From Candidatus Latescibacterota bacterium (GTDB lineage Bacteria; Latescibacterota; UBA2968), in NCBI GenBank assembly GCA_965204375.1, contig OZ241986.1, positions 3,424,001-3,488,000 on the forward strand: a stretch of DNA of 64,000 nt. The letters are read 5' to 3'. Below are positions 19,693-29,814 of this stretch, piece after piece (the first letter of the stretch is position 1; each line of letters opens with the position of its first letter). Under the pieces are notes generated by a model that was not told the DNA's origin, made no database searches, and saw only the letters and a list, made by a program, of their open reading frames with translations. The translations under genes and the position numbers were made by a program.

Positions 19693-20553
19693 GTGGATGA
19701 AAAAACAGATAACCTGCAAGACACGTACGAGCCTGGCGAATACGACCCCGCGCTCTACAACTACGCCCACATCGCCGAATGCGTTGACGGCTTTGAAAAC
19801 GTGAGCGACGAACACATCGCACAATTTCACGCACAGGGCTTTTTGCCAATACAGGGCGCGTATGCCAGCGCACAGGTCAACGACGCCATGGCCGCAGTAA
19901 AAGAATTAATCGCAGGACAAAATCGCGAATTCCGGGGCGTACAATTCGAGCGCGGACGCGCCAAACAGGTCAAACGCTCAACGGGTCACGCGCGCGAACT
20001 ACTCGTGCGAAAACTCACCCGATTTGTCGGATATGATCCGCGCCTGGACGCACTTGGCGAAGACCCCCAACTGATAGATATCTTAACCCGCATCATGGGT
20101 GAACCCCCCAAATTATTTGCCGACCAGGCCATGTTAAAACCGCCCGGCATTGGACGCGAAAAACCCTGGCACCAGGATCACGCCTACTTCAATCTGCCCA
20201 TGCACACCTGCATCGTCAGCGCGTGGGTTGCCCTCGACCCCGCGGATCCAGAAAACGGCTGCATGCACGTCATCCCCCAAAGCCATCGAGCAGGACCCGT
20301 CATACATTTCAAAAGACGCGACTGGCAAATCTGCGACACCGATGTCGCCCGCAACCACATCACCGCAGTCGCCCTGCAACCCGGCGGCGTATTGCTCTGG
20401 CACGGGCGATTGCACCACGGCTCCCCGCCCAACCGATCAGACCGTCGCCGCCGCGCCCTGCAACTGCACTACATACCCGGGTCCATAGAGACGATCACCT
20501 CAGAAGAACGCCTCGCCGTCTATGGCAGCGAAGGCAAGAACGTGACGTGTTAG
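19693..20553 (+). CDS. PhyH family dioxygenase
   Basis: PWHQD, ENGCMHVIPQSH, HHGSPPNRS...RRA; RBS AAGGAGG before GTG. Confidence 0.9.
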   Translation: MDEKTDNLQDTYEPGEYDPALYNYAHIAECVDGFENVSDEHIAQFHAQGFLPIQGAYASAQVNDAMAAVKELIAGQNREFRGVQFERGRAKQVKRSTGHARELLVRKLTRFVGYDPRLDALGEDPQLIDILTRIMGEPPKLFADQAMLKPPGIGREKPWHQDHAYFNLPMHTCIVSAWVALDPADPENGCMHVIPQSHRAGPVIHFKRRDWQICDTDVARNHITAVALQPGGVLLWHGRLHHGSPPNRSDRRRRALQLHYIPGSIETITSEERLAVYGSEGKNVTC

Positions 20554-20560
20554 ACGTATG

Positions 20561-21640
20561 TCACACCTTTTTCGCGTCTTCCCTATCACATACTGCCTCG
20601 CCTCCTGCAATGGCGACGCGCATCGCATTGAGACCGTCTTCGTGCGTAACGCTAAACGGCGCATCATTGATACACTGCGTAATAAAATAATCGAGTTCAT
20701 TCTTATACGACTCGCCAAAACGGGTAATAAACACGGGCACATCGGGACCGTAATCCCGCAAAGAGATGGATTCTTTGTAAATTACACCATCGCGACCGTA
20801 CGCCTCCACCTCAACCCTGTGCGGATCCTCCTGAAAATGACCCACGTGAATCACCCCGCCATCGCCGTAAATCCAGGTCGCATTGCGATATCCCGCAACG
20901 TGATTGCGGCTGACAATGACCTGACCAATTAAGCGACCGGGAAACCACATCTGCAAAAAGGCATCATCGTAATCCTCTTTGACAGTCGTGATAGTACAAT
21001 TGTAAAGATTGGACCCAAACGCAGCGACATATTCGGGCAGGGAACCGCCGAGCAACCAGAGAATCTCATCGCAATTGTGAACAGCCATATCGCTGAGCAA
21101 ACCCGCGCTATTATAGCCAACGGGCGGTGGAATAGGGTCTTCCAAAACCGAGACAATTTTGAACACATTGCCGATAGCCTTTTGTTCCAACAATGCTTTT
21201 GCCTTCAACAACGGAGCGTCAAACCGGCGCATAAAAGCCAGCATCAGCGCGTTTTTCCTTCTGGGATCTCGATTCAAATCGGCAACAAAAGCCTCGGCAG
21301 ACGCGATCGAATGGGTCAGCGGCTTCTCCAAAAGCACGCGACAACCCGCGTCAATAAGCGTACGCGCATCGCGCTCGTGGTCTTCTGTGCGTGACGCAAC
21401 AAGCGCGGCATCGATTGCATTCGACGCAGCGAGATCAGACACATCGTTAAACGCGTGAATCTCCGTCGCCTGATCTGCCTGAAGCTCTGCTGCAACGCGA
21501 CTGGCCGTATCGCCATAAGTATCGGACACAGCGACGAGATCACACACACCCGTTTCCCGGGCGAGTTCCTGAACATGCCGGGCGTGAAAAACGCCAATGC
21601 GCCCAACACCGACCACGGCCATGCGGATGGGTTTATTCAT
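20561..21640 (-). CDS. Gfo/Idh/MocA oxidoreductase (inositol dehydrogenase-like)
   Basis: VGVGRIG, LLEKP, AFMRRFD, DMAVHNCD. Confidence 0.9.
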   Translation of the reverse strand: MNKPIRMAVVGVGRIGVFHARHVQELARETGVCDLVAVSDTYGDTASRVAAELQADQATEIHAFNDVSDLAASNAIDAALVASRTEDHERDARTLIDAGCRVLLEKPLTHSIASAEAFVADLNRDPRRKNALMLAFMRRFDAPLLKAKALLEQKAIGNVFKIVSVLEDPIPPPVGYNSAGLLSDMAVHNCDEILWLLGGSLPEYVAAFGSNLYNCTITTVKEDYDDAFLQMWFPGRLIGQVIVSRNHVAGYRNATWIYGDGGVIHVGHFQEDPHRVEVEAYGRDGVIYKESISLRDYGPDVPVFITRFGESYKNELDYFITQCINDAPFSVTHEDGLNAMRVAIAGGEAVCDREDAKKV

Positions 21641-21731
21641 AGAGAATTCCTCTAATACAGATTATGATGGTCTATTGAATGTGAATGAATAGCGATCCAC
21701 AACCTCTGTCAACCCCATTCTGGAGGTAAAA

Positions 21732-22751
21732 ATGAAAGCAGCTGCAATATTTGGTGAACGCAAAGGCGGCGTAATTGACGTCCCAGATCCAAAGCCAAAA
21801 GACAACTGGGTACTGGTAAAAATTCACGCCGCGCCAATGTGTACAGAATACAAAGGATTTACAGGCGGCAGAAAAACCACCTCACTGGGACACGAAGCAG
21901 CCGGCGAAGTCGTTGAAATCGCCCAACCCGGGCGCGTATCAGTCGGCGACCGCGTCGCCGTAATGCCCCAATATCCGTGTGGCATCTGTCCACTATGTAT
22001 CAGCGGCGATTATATCCACTGCCAGCAAAGCATCAACTTCGCTGAATTCACAGGCGGAAACGAAGGCCGAGCCACCATGGCACAGTACCTGTTAAAACCC
22101 GACTGGCTACTGCCAAAAATTCCAGACGACGTCTCTTACGAACACGGCGGAATGGCCTGTTGCGGTCTGGGACCCACATTTGGCGCCATACAGCGCATGC
22201 AAGTAAACGCCTATGACACATTCATGGTCACCGGTCTCGGTCCCGTAGGACTTGGGGGCGTCATCAACGGCAAACACCTCGGCGCGCGCGTAATCGCCGT
22301 CGATATCAACCCCTATCGGCGCGAAAAAGCCCTCGAACTGGGTGCAGACGAAACAATCGATCCCCTCGAAGAAAACGCCCTGCAACAAATCATGGACCTC
22401 ACCAACGGCGTTGGCGTGGATGCTGCCGTAGATTGCTCGGGCGCAGTATCTGCACACCGCCTGTGCATCGACGCCGCACGACGGCGCGGACAAGTCGCAT
22501 TCGTCGGCGAATGCGGAGAAGAAACCCCCTTGCGAATCAGCCAGGACATGATCCGAAAAGGAATCACACTCGTCGGATCATGGCATTACAACTTAAAAGA
22601 CGTACCAAAACTCATGCAAGTCGTCCGCGCAAACACAGACAAATTGGATCGCCTGATCTCACATACATTTTCACTGGACGAAGTGCAAAAAGCTTGGGAA
22701 TTGCAAACCACAGGCGCGTGTGCAAAAGTCGTATTAAAACCGTGGGAGTGA
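21732..22751 (+). CDS. Zinc-dependent alcohol dehydrogenase (MDR family)
   Basis: GHEAAGEVV, CGICPLC...C structural Zn site, GLGPVG. Confidence 0.93.
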   Translation: MKAAAIFGERKGGVIDVPDPKPKDNWVLVKIHAAPMCTEYKGFTGGRKTTSLGHEAAGEVVEIAQPGRVSVGDRVAVMPQYPCGICPLCISGDYIHCQQSINFAEFTGGNEGRATMAQYLLKPDWLLPKIPDDVSYEHGGMACCGLGPTFGAIQRMQVNAYDTFMVTGLGPVGLGGVINGKHLGARVIAVDINPYRREKALELGADETIDPLEENALQQIMDLTNGVGVDAAVDCSGAVSAHRLCIDAARRRGQVAFVGECGEETPLRISQDMIRKGITLVGSWHYNLKDVPKLMQVVRANTDKLDRLISHTFSLDEVQKAWELQTTGACAKVVLKPWE

Positions 22752-22914
22752 ATCCGCAGATGACGCAGATGAACGCAGATAAAGATGAATGCAGATAAAG
22801 ATGAATGCAGATAAAGATGAATGCAGATAAAGATGAATGCAGATAAAGATGAATGCAGATAAAAAAGAAGGGCTGGTTGGGTGGTCGTCTCACGTCTTGC
22901 GTCTCACCGATTTT
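22752..22914 (+). repeat. Intergenic CGCAGAT-family element containing a 16-bp tandem array (GCAGATAAAGATGAAT, 5 full copies plus a partial copy, 22775-22863)
   Basis: Direct inspection; flanks match the reverse complement of 46577-46662. Confidence 0.9.
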
Positions 22915-22928
22915 GGAGGAAGAACCCA

Positions 22929-23951
22929 ATGCTGAAATGTGCAATAATCGGCGTAAGTGGCGGGCGAGCGCGGGGATTGGCGGAAGCGTATCAACACGTA
23001 ACGCACGGCAAACTCGCCGCAATCTCTACGCGAACAGAAGAAAGTCTGCACGCATTTGGCGATACATTTGACGTCAATACGCGATATTTGGACTATCGGG
23101 AAATGTTTGAAAAAGAACAGCCAGATCTGGTACACGTAAATACCCCGCCCAGTGTGCGACTGGAAGTATTCGAAGCCGCGGAAAACGCCGGTGTACCCGC
23201 TGTCCTCGTGGAAAAACCCATAGCAATTCAGGGAGAAGACTGGCGCGCCATCAAAGACTTTGCAACAACCGCAAAAACCAAAATCGCGATAAATCACCAG
23301 CTACACTTTCACCCGCGCAGGCAGCATTTGCAAAACATCGTACAGGAAGGAAAAATCGGCGACATCCGATTTATCGAAGCGAGCTGCGGCATGAACCTGG
23401 CGTATCAGGGCACCCATGCACTACAAGCCATCGCCGCCTTTCATCCAGACGGCCTCCCCATAAAAGTAATGGGACAAACCTCTGGCACGGACGGCCTGGA
23501 AGACACGCCAAAAAAGCATTTCGCGCCCGACCAGTGCATCGGCGCAATAGAATATGCCGATGGCCTGCGCGCCCAACTCATCTCGGGACCCTTTGCCCCC
23601 CGCGTAACAAATGAAGACCGCACCAATGTCCACAAGCGAATTGCCGCCTATGGCACGCGGGGATATGTACACTGGACCATGTGGTCGTGGGAGGTAGGTA
23701 TCGATGGCCGCATTGAGCGGGGCACCCACGAATACCCGGACGAAGACATACTCGGACAAGCGGCCATGACAGACGCCATGCTACAATGGATTGAAAACGA
23801 TACAAAGGTCCATCCACTAAACCTCAACCTCGCCTTGCGCGACTTCAACATCATCCTGGGAATCTACACAAGCGCGCTGGAACATCGGCCCGTAGAACTA
23901 CCCTGCGAACCAGCAGATAATCTGATCCATGCCTTGCGAACGCGCCTTTAG
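22929..23951 (+). CDS. Gfo/Idh/MocA family oxidoreductase
   Basis: AIIGVSG, LVEKP, QGTHAL; RBS GGAGG before ATG 22929. Confidence 0.88.
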   Translation: MLKCAIIGVSGGRARGLAEAYQHVTHGKLAAISTRTEESLHAFGDTFDVNTRYLDYREMFEKEQPDLVHVNTPPSVRLEVFEAAENAGVPAVLVEKPIAIQGEDWRAIKDFATTAKTKIAINHQLHFHPRRQHLQNIVQEGKIGDIRFIEASCGMNLAYQGTHALQAIAAFHPDGLPIKVMGQTSGTDGLEDTPKKHFAPDQCIGAIEYADGLRAQLISGPFAPRVTNEDRTNVHKRIAAYGTRGYVHWTMWSWEVGIDGRIERGTHEYPDEDILGQAAMTDAMLQWIENDTKVHPLNLNLALRDFNIILGIYTSALEHRPVELPCEPADNLIHALRTRL

Positions 23952-23955
23952 GGTT

Positions 23956-24082
23956 TATCCACGAAGAACACCGAACGGGGTACAACTGGCCGTCTCTCAG
24001 GCCAGTTCACAACACGAAGGAGGCAGCATTCTCTTAAACATTATTCATATTCTTCGTGTCCCTTCGTGTCCCTTAGTGGATA
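23956..24082. repeat. Inverted-repeat intergenic element (CACGAA/TTCGTG arms) with a nested 35-bp hairpin at 23973-24007
   Basis: Ends TATCCAC...GTGGATA; the nested unit is 34/35 identical to 45253-45287. Confidence 0.75.
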
Positions 24083-24096
24083 TCTTTTCGCCTTTC

Positions 24097-25104
24097 TCAA
24101 TCCCAAATATAATCCGTCGCACCTTCTTCACAAACAAAAGCCGACTCGATCATCGCATTCAAATCGCCTTGCGGACGATAATCAATCAGACTCTTAGCTT
24201 TGCCAATCGCATGATCATACATGTACTGTAGCGGAACCCTGACCTCGAGCGGATCAACCCCTCTTTTTTCTGCAATCAACCGCGCCCCTTCGGTAAAAGG
24301 AAATGGCTCTGGCGCACCCGCATTAAACGACTCGCCCAGCGCCGCGCCAGAATTCAGCGCACAAACCAGACAATGGGCAATATCGCGGGCATCCTGCGGT
24401 TGATAAAGCCACGGGCGCCCGTCTTCATCCGTAATACTACACGGTTGCTGCGGAGACGCCGCCTTCGCTTCAATATCGTGCCAGAGTTCCGTACCATCTG
24501 CCATATAGAGTTCGGTACCGGGCCTTTCCTGGCTTTTCTTCAACAAATTGACCACGCGAGCAACACTGAACTGATTCAAAATTTTAGTCCCGGACAAAAC
24601 GTGACTCGGGCGCACAATCGAATAGCGCAAACCCGTCTCTCGATTAGCGCGCTCTGCCATCACCTCGCCGAAATACTTGGACATAGAATACTCGCCATCC
24701 GGGCGTTTGGGATGCAATTCATCCACCGGATGATACGCACACGGGACATTTTCGCCATTATTGGGAAACACACCCGAAGAACTGGTATAAACATAGCGTT
24801 CGAGGCGGTCGGCAACGCCCTCACACGCGCGTGTAACCTGGAGATTGATCTGATTATTAAGCTCAAAATGCGGACCAACGAGATTGGCCGTGTGAATCAC
24901 CGCATCCACGCCCTCGACGGCATCTTTAACATAAGATAAATCCGTCAAATCCCCCTCGCGCAACTCGATATCGACGCCATCGAGGCGGCTGCGCGCGGGA
25001 TCGTCGGGAAGAATGGTCCCCCGAACTTCGCAATTCTGGTCGAGCAACTGGCGCACCAATCGGCAACCCACCTGTCCAGCAGCGCCTGTAACGAGAACTT
25101 TCAT
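24097..25104 (-). CDS. NAD-dependent epimerase/dehydratase
   Basis: VLVTGAAGQVG, YTSS, YSMSK (YxxxK). Confidence 0.9.
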   Translation of the reverse strand: MKVLVTGAAGQVGCRLVRQLLDQNCEVRGTILPDDPARSRLDGVDIELREGDLTDLSYVKDAVEGVDAVIHTANLVGPHFELNNQINLQVTRACEGVADRLERYVYTSSSGVFPNNGENVPCAYHPVDELHPKRPDGEYSMSKYFGEVMAERANRETGLRYSIVRPSHVLSGTKILNQFSVARVVNLLKKSQERPGTELYMADGTELWHDIEAKAASPQQPCSITDEDGRPWLYQPQDARDIAHCLVCALNSGAALGESFNAGAPEPFPFTEGARLIAEKRGVDPLEVRVPLQYMYDHAIGKAKSLIDYRPQGDLNAMIESAFVCEEGATDYIWD

Positions 25105-25124
25105 AAAAACTCCTTTTTGATTTA

Positions 25125-25928
25125 CTACATAGAACCCCTTGTTTGATAAGCATCTGCCCTTACTTGCCGCGCCGTCTGTTTGTTCTTTTGCCAGTACGCG
25201 TCAATGGGTTTATCGCGATTCTGGGGTGGCGTCCTGAACGTAAGCGTATAAGCTCTACGCGGAACATCTGTGCGATTTGGCTCTGCGTAATGCAGCATAT
25301 AACACGCGTGAAGCGAAGCCCCGCCAGCCGCAACAGGACAGGGAACCGCCCGTTTGGCATACGCTTCGGGATTATCAACCTCAAGACCGTGAATGCGCGG
25401 ATCCCGGTTAATACTGTGATGCGGCAAAACATCGAGCTTATGGCTACCCGGAATAAACTGCAAACAGCCCGAATCGACCGTCGCATCGTCCAGCGGCATC
25501 CAAAAATTTACGCCTTTGTACGCCAACTCAGGATTGTGATACGCCTGATCCTGATGCCATGGCGTTGCCGCACCAATACGCGGAGGTTTGTAAATCATAT
25601 GCTCGCCATTCCTATCGAGCATATCAGAACCCAGCAATTGCCGCGCAATCGCCCGCGCATTGGCCAAATAGAGCGTATCCTTCAACTCCAGAGCAAAACG
25701 ACTGGGACCGAGCAATTGCGGAAGACGCGGTTGATCATCCTCATCGGTACCCGCCAGATCAAACTGACTCCCCTGATCCCACCCCGTGCGATCCGAAAAA
25801 AGTCGATCGTAAATTTCCCGAAGCTGTTCCACCTCCTCCTCCGTCGTAATCGCATTGAGAACGAGAAACCCATCTTCGTGAAATGAATGGACTTGTTCCT
25901 GTGAAAGAGAAATTGTTGGCTCTGGCAT
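25125..25928 (-). CDS. PhyH family dioxygenase
   Basis: FHEDGF, TPWHQD, GCLQFIPGSH, LHYAEPNRT. Confidence 0.9.
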   Translation of the reverse strand: MPEPTISLSQEQVHSFHEDGFLVLNAITTEEEVEQLREIYDRLFSDRTGWDQGSQFDLAGTDEDDQPRLPQLLGPSRFALELKDTLYLANARAIARQLLGSDMLDRNGEHMIYKPPRIGAATPWHQDQAYHNPELAYKGVNFWMPLDDATVDSGCLQFIPGSHKLDVLPHHSINRDPRIHGLEVDNPEAYAKRAVPCPVAAGGASLHACYMLHYAEPNRTDVPRRAYTLTFRTPPQNRDKPIDAYWQKNKQTARQVRADAYQTRGSM

Positions 25929-26090
25929 CTGCGGCCTCCTCGCTATAATCACAACTATTTGTGCGATGCAGAATAATGTCAACAGGCCAATTCGTCAAGA
26001 GGTTCTGATTATCAGCGCGGAACACTTGCTAAGAAACGAATTTAAAAGTAAATTATCACTTGAACGAACAAAAATAGGAAAGGAACATCT

Positions 26091-27563
26091 ATGCGCATTC
26101 TGTACCTCGACCTCGACGCCTTAAACCCCACACACCTGGGCTGTTACGGATATCACCGCAACACATCGCCAACAATTGACAAAATAGCAGCCGAAGGCAT
26201 TCGGTTCAACCAGGTCTATACAACAGACGCGCCCTGCTTGCCATCGCGCACGGCATTTTACTCCGGGCAATTTGGCATTCATTCGGGCGTCGTAGGGCAC
26301 GGCGGCACCGCGTCAGAACGGCGGATAAATGGACCAAACCGCGGTTTTCGAGATCGACTCGCAAACGAGGGACTGGCTGGCTTCTTGCAGCGTCAGGGCT
26401 TTAAAACATCCATGATCAGCCCCTTTGGACAGCGGCATGCCGCGTGGCATTTTTACGCAGGCTTCAACGAAATACACAACACCGGCAAAGGCGGCATGGA
26501 ATCAGCCGAAGAAGTAACACCCGTAGTCGAAAAATGGCTAAATGACAATGCCGCGGACGACAACTGGTTTTTGCACATCAACTACTGGGACGTACACACG
26601 CCCTATCGCGCGCCAGCGGAATACGGCGAGCCCTTTGCCAATGATCCCCTGCCGGACTGGTTAACACCTGAATTACTGGAAGAACACAAAAAACTCGTCG
26701 GTCCCCACACCGCACAGGACATTATGATGTGGAACGACCGCCCCAATCCGCGCTTTCCCCGGCACCCCGGCCGGTTGGACAACATGGACGACCTGCGGCG
26801 AATGATCGATGGATACGACACCGCGATCCGGTACGTTGATGATCAAATTGCCATCATTGTGGAAATATTGGAAAACAGAGGCGTACTGGACGACACCGCG
26901 ATCATCATCAGCGCAGATCACGGCGAAAACATGGGCGAACTCGGCATATACGGCGAACACGGAACAGCCGATCAGGCGACCTGCCATATACCGATGATCG
27001 TAAAATGGCCCGGCGGGCAATCTGGAATCACAGACGAGGGCCTGCATTACAATATTGATTTAGCACCCACATTAGCCGATCTTTTAGGCGGACAAAAACA
27101 GGCGTTGTGGGACGGCGAAAGTTATGCCTCTGTCATTACCGAAGGCTCAGATGCTGGACGCAACGAACTGATCTTGAGCCAGTGCGCGCATGTATGTCAG
27201 CGGGCTGTCCGCTTTGACGACTGGATTTACATCCGCACCTATCACGATGGATATCGACTTTACCCACGCGAACTGTTATTCAATTTATCAGACGACCCCT
27301 GGGAAATGCGCGACATAGCGGCTGAAAACCCCGATATATGCCGAGAAGCTGCGTATCGTCTCATGAACTGGCACGACCACATGATGGAAACCATGCCGAG
27401 GCCCTACGACAACGACCCGCTATGGACAGTCATGCAAGAAGGCGGACCAATGCACACCTGGGGGGCTTTCGAAGACTATTGCGACCGCCTTGCAGAAACC
27501 GACCGTGCAGAAGGCGCGGTCTTACTGCGCGAAAAATTTGGGAACAAATACCGCCATCCATAA
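26091..27563 (+). CDS. Cys-type sulfatase
   Basis: CLPSR (CxPxR), SADHGE, ELLFNLSDDPWE. Confidence 0.92.
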   Translation: MRILYLDLDALNPTHLGCYGYHRNTSPTIDKIAAEGIRFNQVYTTDAPCLPSRTAFYSGQFGIHSGVVGHGGTASERRINGPNRGFRDRLANEGLAGFLQRQGFKTSMISPFGQRHAAWHFYAGFNEIHNTGKGGMESAEEVTPVVEKWLNDNAADDNWFLHINYWDVHTPYRAPAEYGEPFANDPLPDWLTPELLEEHKKLVGPHTAQDIMMWNDRPNPRFPRHPGRLDNMDDLRRMIDGYDTAIRYVDDQIAIIVEILENRGVLDDTAIIISADHGENMGELGIYGEHGTADQATCHIPMIVKWPGGQSGITDEGLHYNIDLAPTLADLLGGQKQALWDGESYASVITEGSDAGRNELILSQCAHVCQRAVRFDDWIYIRTYHDGYRLYPRELLFNLSDDPWEMRDIAAENPDICREAAYRLMNWHDHMMETMPRPYDNDPLWTVMQEGGPMHTWGAFEDYCDRLAETDRAEGAVLLREKFGNKYRHP

Positions 27564-27567
27564 AAGC

Positions 27568-27657
27568 ATCCGCAGATAGACGCAGATGGACACAGATAAA
27601 GGGCTGGAGACTGGGACCAAGGGGTGCCCTCTAACCTTTTACATCTTGCGTCTCACC
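27568..27657 (+). repeat. Intergenic CGCAGAT-family element
   Basis: ATCCGCAGATAGACGCAGATGGACACAGATAAAGGGCTGG...TCTTGCGTCTCACC; same architecture as 22752-22914. Confidence 0.8.
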
Positions 27658-27677
27658 ATTAGATAAGGAGTGAACAC

Positions 27678-28544
27678 ATGCTCACCCAGGAACAAATCGC
27701 GTTTTATCACGAACACGGATATCTCGGTGTGGAGAACGTGCTCAGTGAAAACGAAGTCAACGACCTGCGGCGGATAACCGATGAATATGTGGAAAAATCG
27801 CGGGAAGCTACAGAACACACCGAAGTATTCGACCTCGAACCCGGGCACACGTCCGAAAATCCAAAATTGAGACGCCTGAAAAGTCCGATTTTGCTACATG
27901 AAGTATATCGCAAAACCCTGCATCACGAGAAAATTTTGGGAATCGTATCGCAATTGATCGGATACGGCCTGCGGTGCAATGGCAATAAGCTCAACATGAA
28001 ACAACCCGGCTACGGCAGCCCGGTCGAGTGGCATCAGGATTGGGCATTTTATCCGCACACCAACGACGATTTGCTCGCCGTGGGTATAGTGCTCGACGAC
28101 ATGACAGAAGAAAATGGCCCCTTGCTCGTCATCCCCGGCTCGCACAAAGGGCCAGTGTACGACCATCACCTCGACGGCCATTTCTGCGGCGCCGTAACCG
28201 ACTCCACCTTTAGCGACAAAGGCGCCGTACCCGTAATGGTAAAAGCAGGCGGCATCACAATCCATCATGTGCGCATGCTACACGGGTCAGTATCCAATAC
28301 ATCTGACACACCCCGCCGACTGCTCCTATTTCAATATTGCGCGATTGATGCGTATCCTCTATCGGGCCTGAACAACTGGGATTTGTTCAATGAAACAATC
28401 GTGCGCGGCGAGCCGACCAACATCCCGCGCGTGGAACCCGTCCCCGTGCGAATGCCCTGGCCTGGCGCACTCCGAAGCGGATCCATTTACGAATCGCAAA
28501 CCGTGTTGAAAGAAACGAAATTTACCAAAACACAATACAAATAA
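27678..28544 (+). CDS. PhyH family dioxygenase
   Basis: EWHQD, ENGPLLVIPGSH, LHGSVSNTS..PRR. Confidence 0.92.
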   Translation: MLTQEQIAFYHEHGYLGVENVLSENEVNDLRRITDEYVEKSREATEHTEVFDLEPGHTSENPKLRRLKSPILLHEVYRKTLHHEKILGIVSQLIGYGLRCNGNKLNMKQPGYGSPVEWHQDWAFYPHTNDDLLAVGIVLDDMTEENGPLLVIPGSHKGPVYDHHLDGHFCGAVTDSTFSDKGAVPVMVKAGGITIHHVRMLHGSVSNTSDTPRRLLLFQYCAIDAYPLSGLNNWDLFNETIVRGEPTNIPRVEPVPVRMPWPGALRSGSIYESQTVLKETKFTKTQYK

Positions 28545-28552
28545 CGAACGTC

Positions 28553-28873
28553 TCAATCCCGATAAGTAACAGCCGTGCCACTGGCACTGACCATAAGCAT
28601 ACTACCCTCGCCAACGGTATCGTAGTCGAGGTCCACGCCAATGACGGCATTGGCACCCATACCGCGTGCCTGTTCGACCATTTCCTCAATGGCGAGATCT
28701 TTGGCTCTGCGGAGTTCTGACTCATACGCGGCTGAACGCCCGCCGACAATATCGCGGAGACTCGCAAAGATATCTTTGAAAAAATTGGCACCCAAAATGG
28801 CTTCGCCAGTCACAATGCCCTGATAGCTATCAATAGTTTTCCCTTCAATATTGGGGGTTGTCAACACGAGCAT
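28553..28873 (-). CDS. ybjQ: YbjQ/UPF0145 heavy-metal-binding family protein
   Basis: [14 protein letters not shown]...[11 protein letters not shown]...GANAVIG...[11 protein letters not shown]. Confidence 0.93.
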   Translation of the reverse strand: MLVLTTPNIEGKTIDSYQGIVTGEAILGANFFKDIFASLRDIVGGRSAAYESELRRAKDLAIEEMVEQARGMGANAVIGVDLDYDTVGEGSMLMVSASGTAVTYRD

Positions 28874-28986
28874 AAAAGCCTCCTTTTATATTGTTTTCCG
28901 TTGGTTTCATCGAAAAAATATCTCATTGTACACCATCAGGCAAGAGCTAAGGTCTAACCAACCACGTAAAAGCACGAGGAATCGCC

Positions 28987-29457
28987 ATGGCACAAACGAG
29001 CGAAACGTCCATCGCAATTGGGGACAGCGTGATTCACAGCGACAAAGAAATCATGGGTGGCACGCCCGTTTTCAAAGGAACCCGCGTGCCTGTGAAGAAC
29101 TTGTTCGATTTGCTAATCTACGGGTACGATCTGAAAGATTTTCATTTCGAATTTCCCTCAGTACACCCCAAGAAGGCAGTAGCGGCTCTTGAAAGAGGAA
29201 AAAAAATAATGGTCGAAGAGGCCTGCCGGAAACCGGATGGACTTTTTCACAGCGATCCCAAGGAAATGGGGGGCGAACCTGTATTCGTCGGTACGCGGCA
29301 CCAACTTAAGAGCCTTTTTGACTGCTTGATACAAGTCCAAAGCCTGAAAGATTTTCATTTTGAATTTCCTTCAATGTACCGCGAACAAACTCTAGCGGCT
29401 CTCAATATGGCCCGTCAACTTTTGGAACAAGAGGCCTATGCGACTGCTGCTCGATGA
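28987..29457 (+). CDS. DUF433 antitoxin with two tandem DUF433 domains
   Basis: HSDKEIMGGTPVFKGTRVPV and HSDPKEMGGEPVFVGTR; LKDFHFEFPS occurs twice. Confidence 0.88.
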   Translation: MAQTSETSIAIGDSVIHSDKEIMGGTPVFKGTRVPVKNLFDLLIYGYDLKDFHFEFPSVHPKKAVAALERGKKIMVEEACRKPDGLFHSDPKEMGGEPVFVGTRHQLKSLFDCLIQVQSLKDFHFEFPSMYREQTLAALNMARQLLEQEAYATAAR

Positions 29458-29782
29458 AAACATTACTTGGAGATTCAGGGATACCCTGATTGAACACCAC
29501 GACGTATGGACGACTGGGTATCTTGATTGGAACAGCATACGAAACGGCCGGCTTTTGGCATTGGCCAGAGACAAGTTTGATGTTCTCATCACCGCTGACC
29601 AGAGCATCCCATACCAGCAAAACATCACGGAAGCAGATGTCGCGGTAGTTGTTCTCGTTGCGAGAACAAATGACATCAATGACTTGAAACCGCTGGTTCC
29701 CGAATTGCTAAATCGTCTGAATGACCTGAAACGCGGAGAAATCATCCGCATTGAAGCCGGACAAAACGAGGAGTCGTCCTGA
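29438..29782 (+). CDS. DUF5615 PIN-like toxin (VapC45-like)
   Basis: MRLLLDENI...FDVLITADQSIPYQQN; overlaps the DUF433 gene. Confidence 0.88.
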   Translation: MRLLLDENITWRFRDTLIEHHDVWTTGYLDWNSIRNGRLLALARDKFDVLITADQSIPYQQNITEADVAVVVLVARTNDINDLKPLVPELLNRLNDLKRGEIIRIEAGQNEESS

Positions 29783-29814
29783 CAAAAACGAAGTAAAAAA
29801 ACAGGAGCTATAAC

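Noticed and set aside
22775-22863. Possible CRISPR array
   Set aside because: Contiguous 16-bp units with no spacers; no cas genes in the window
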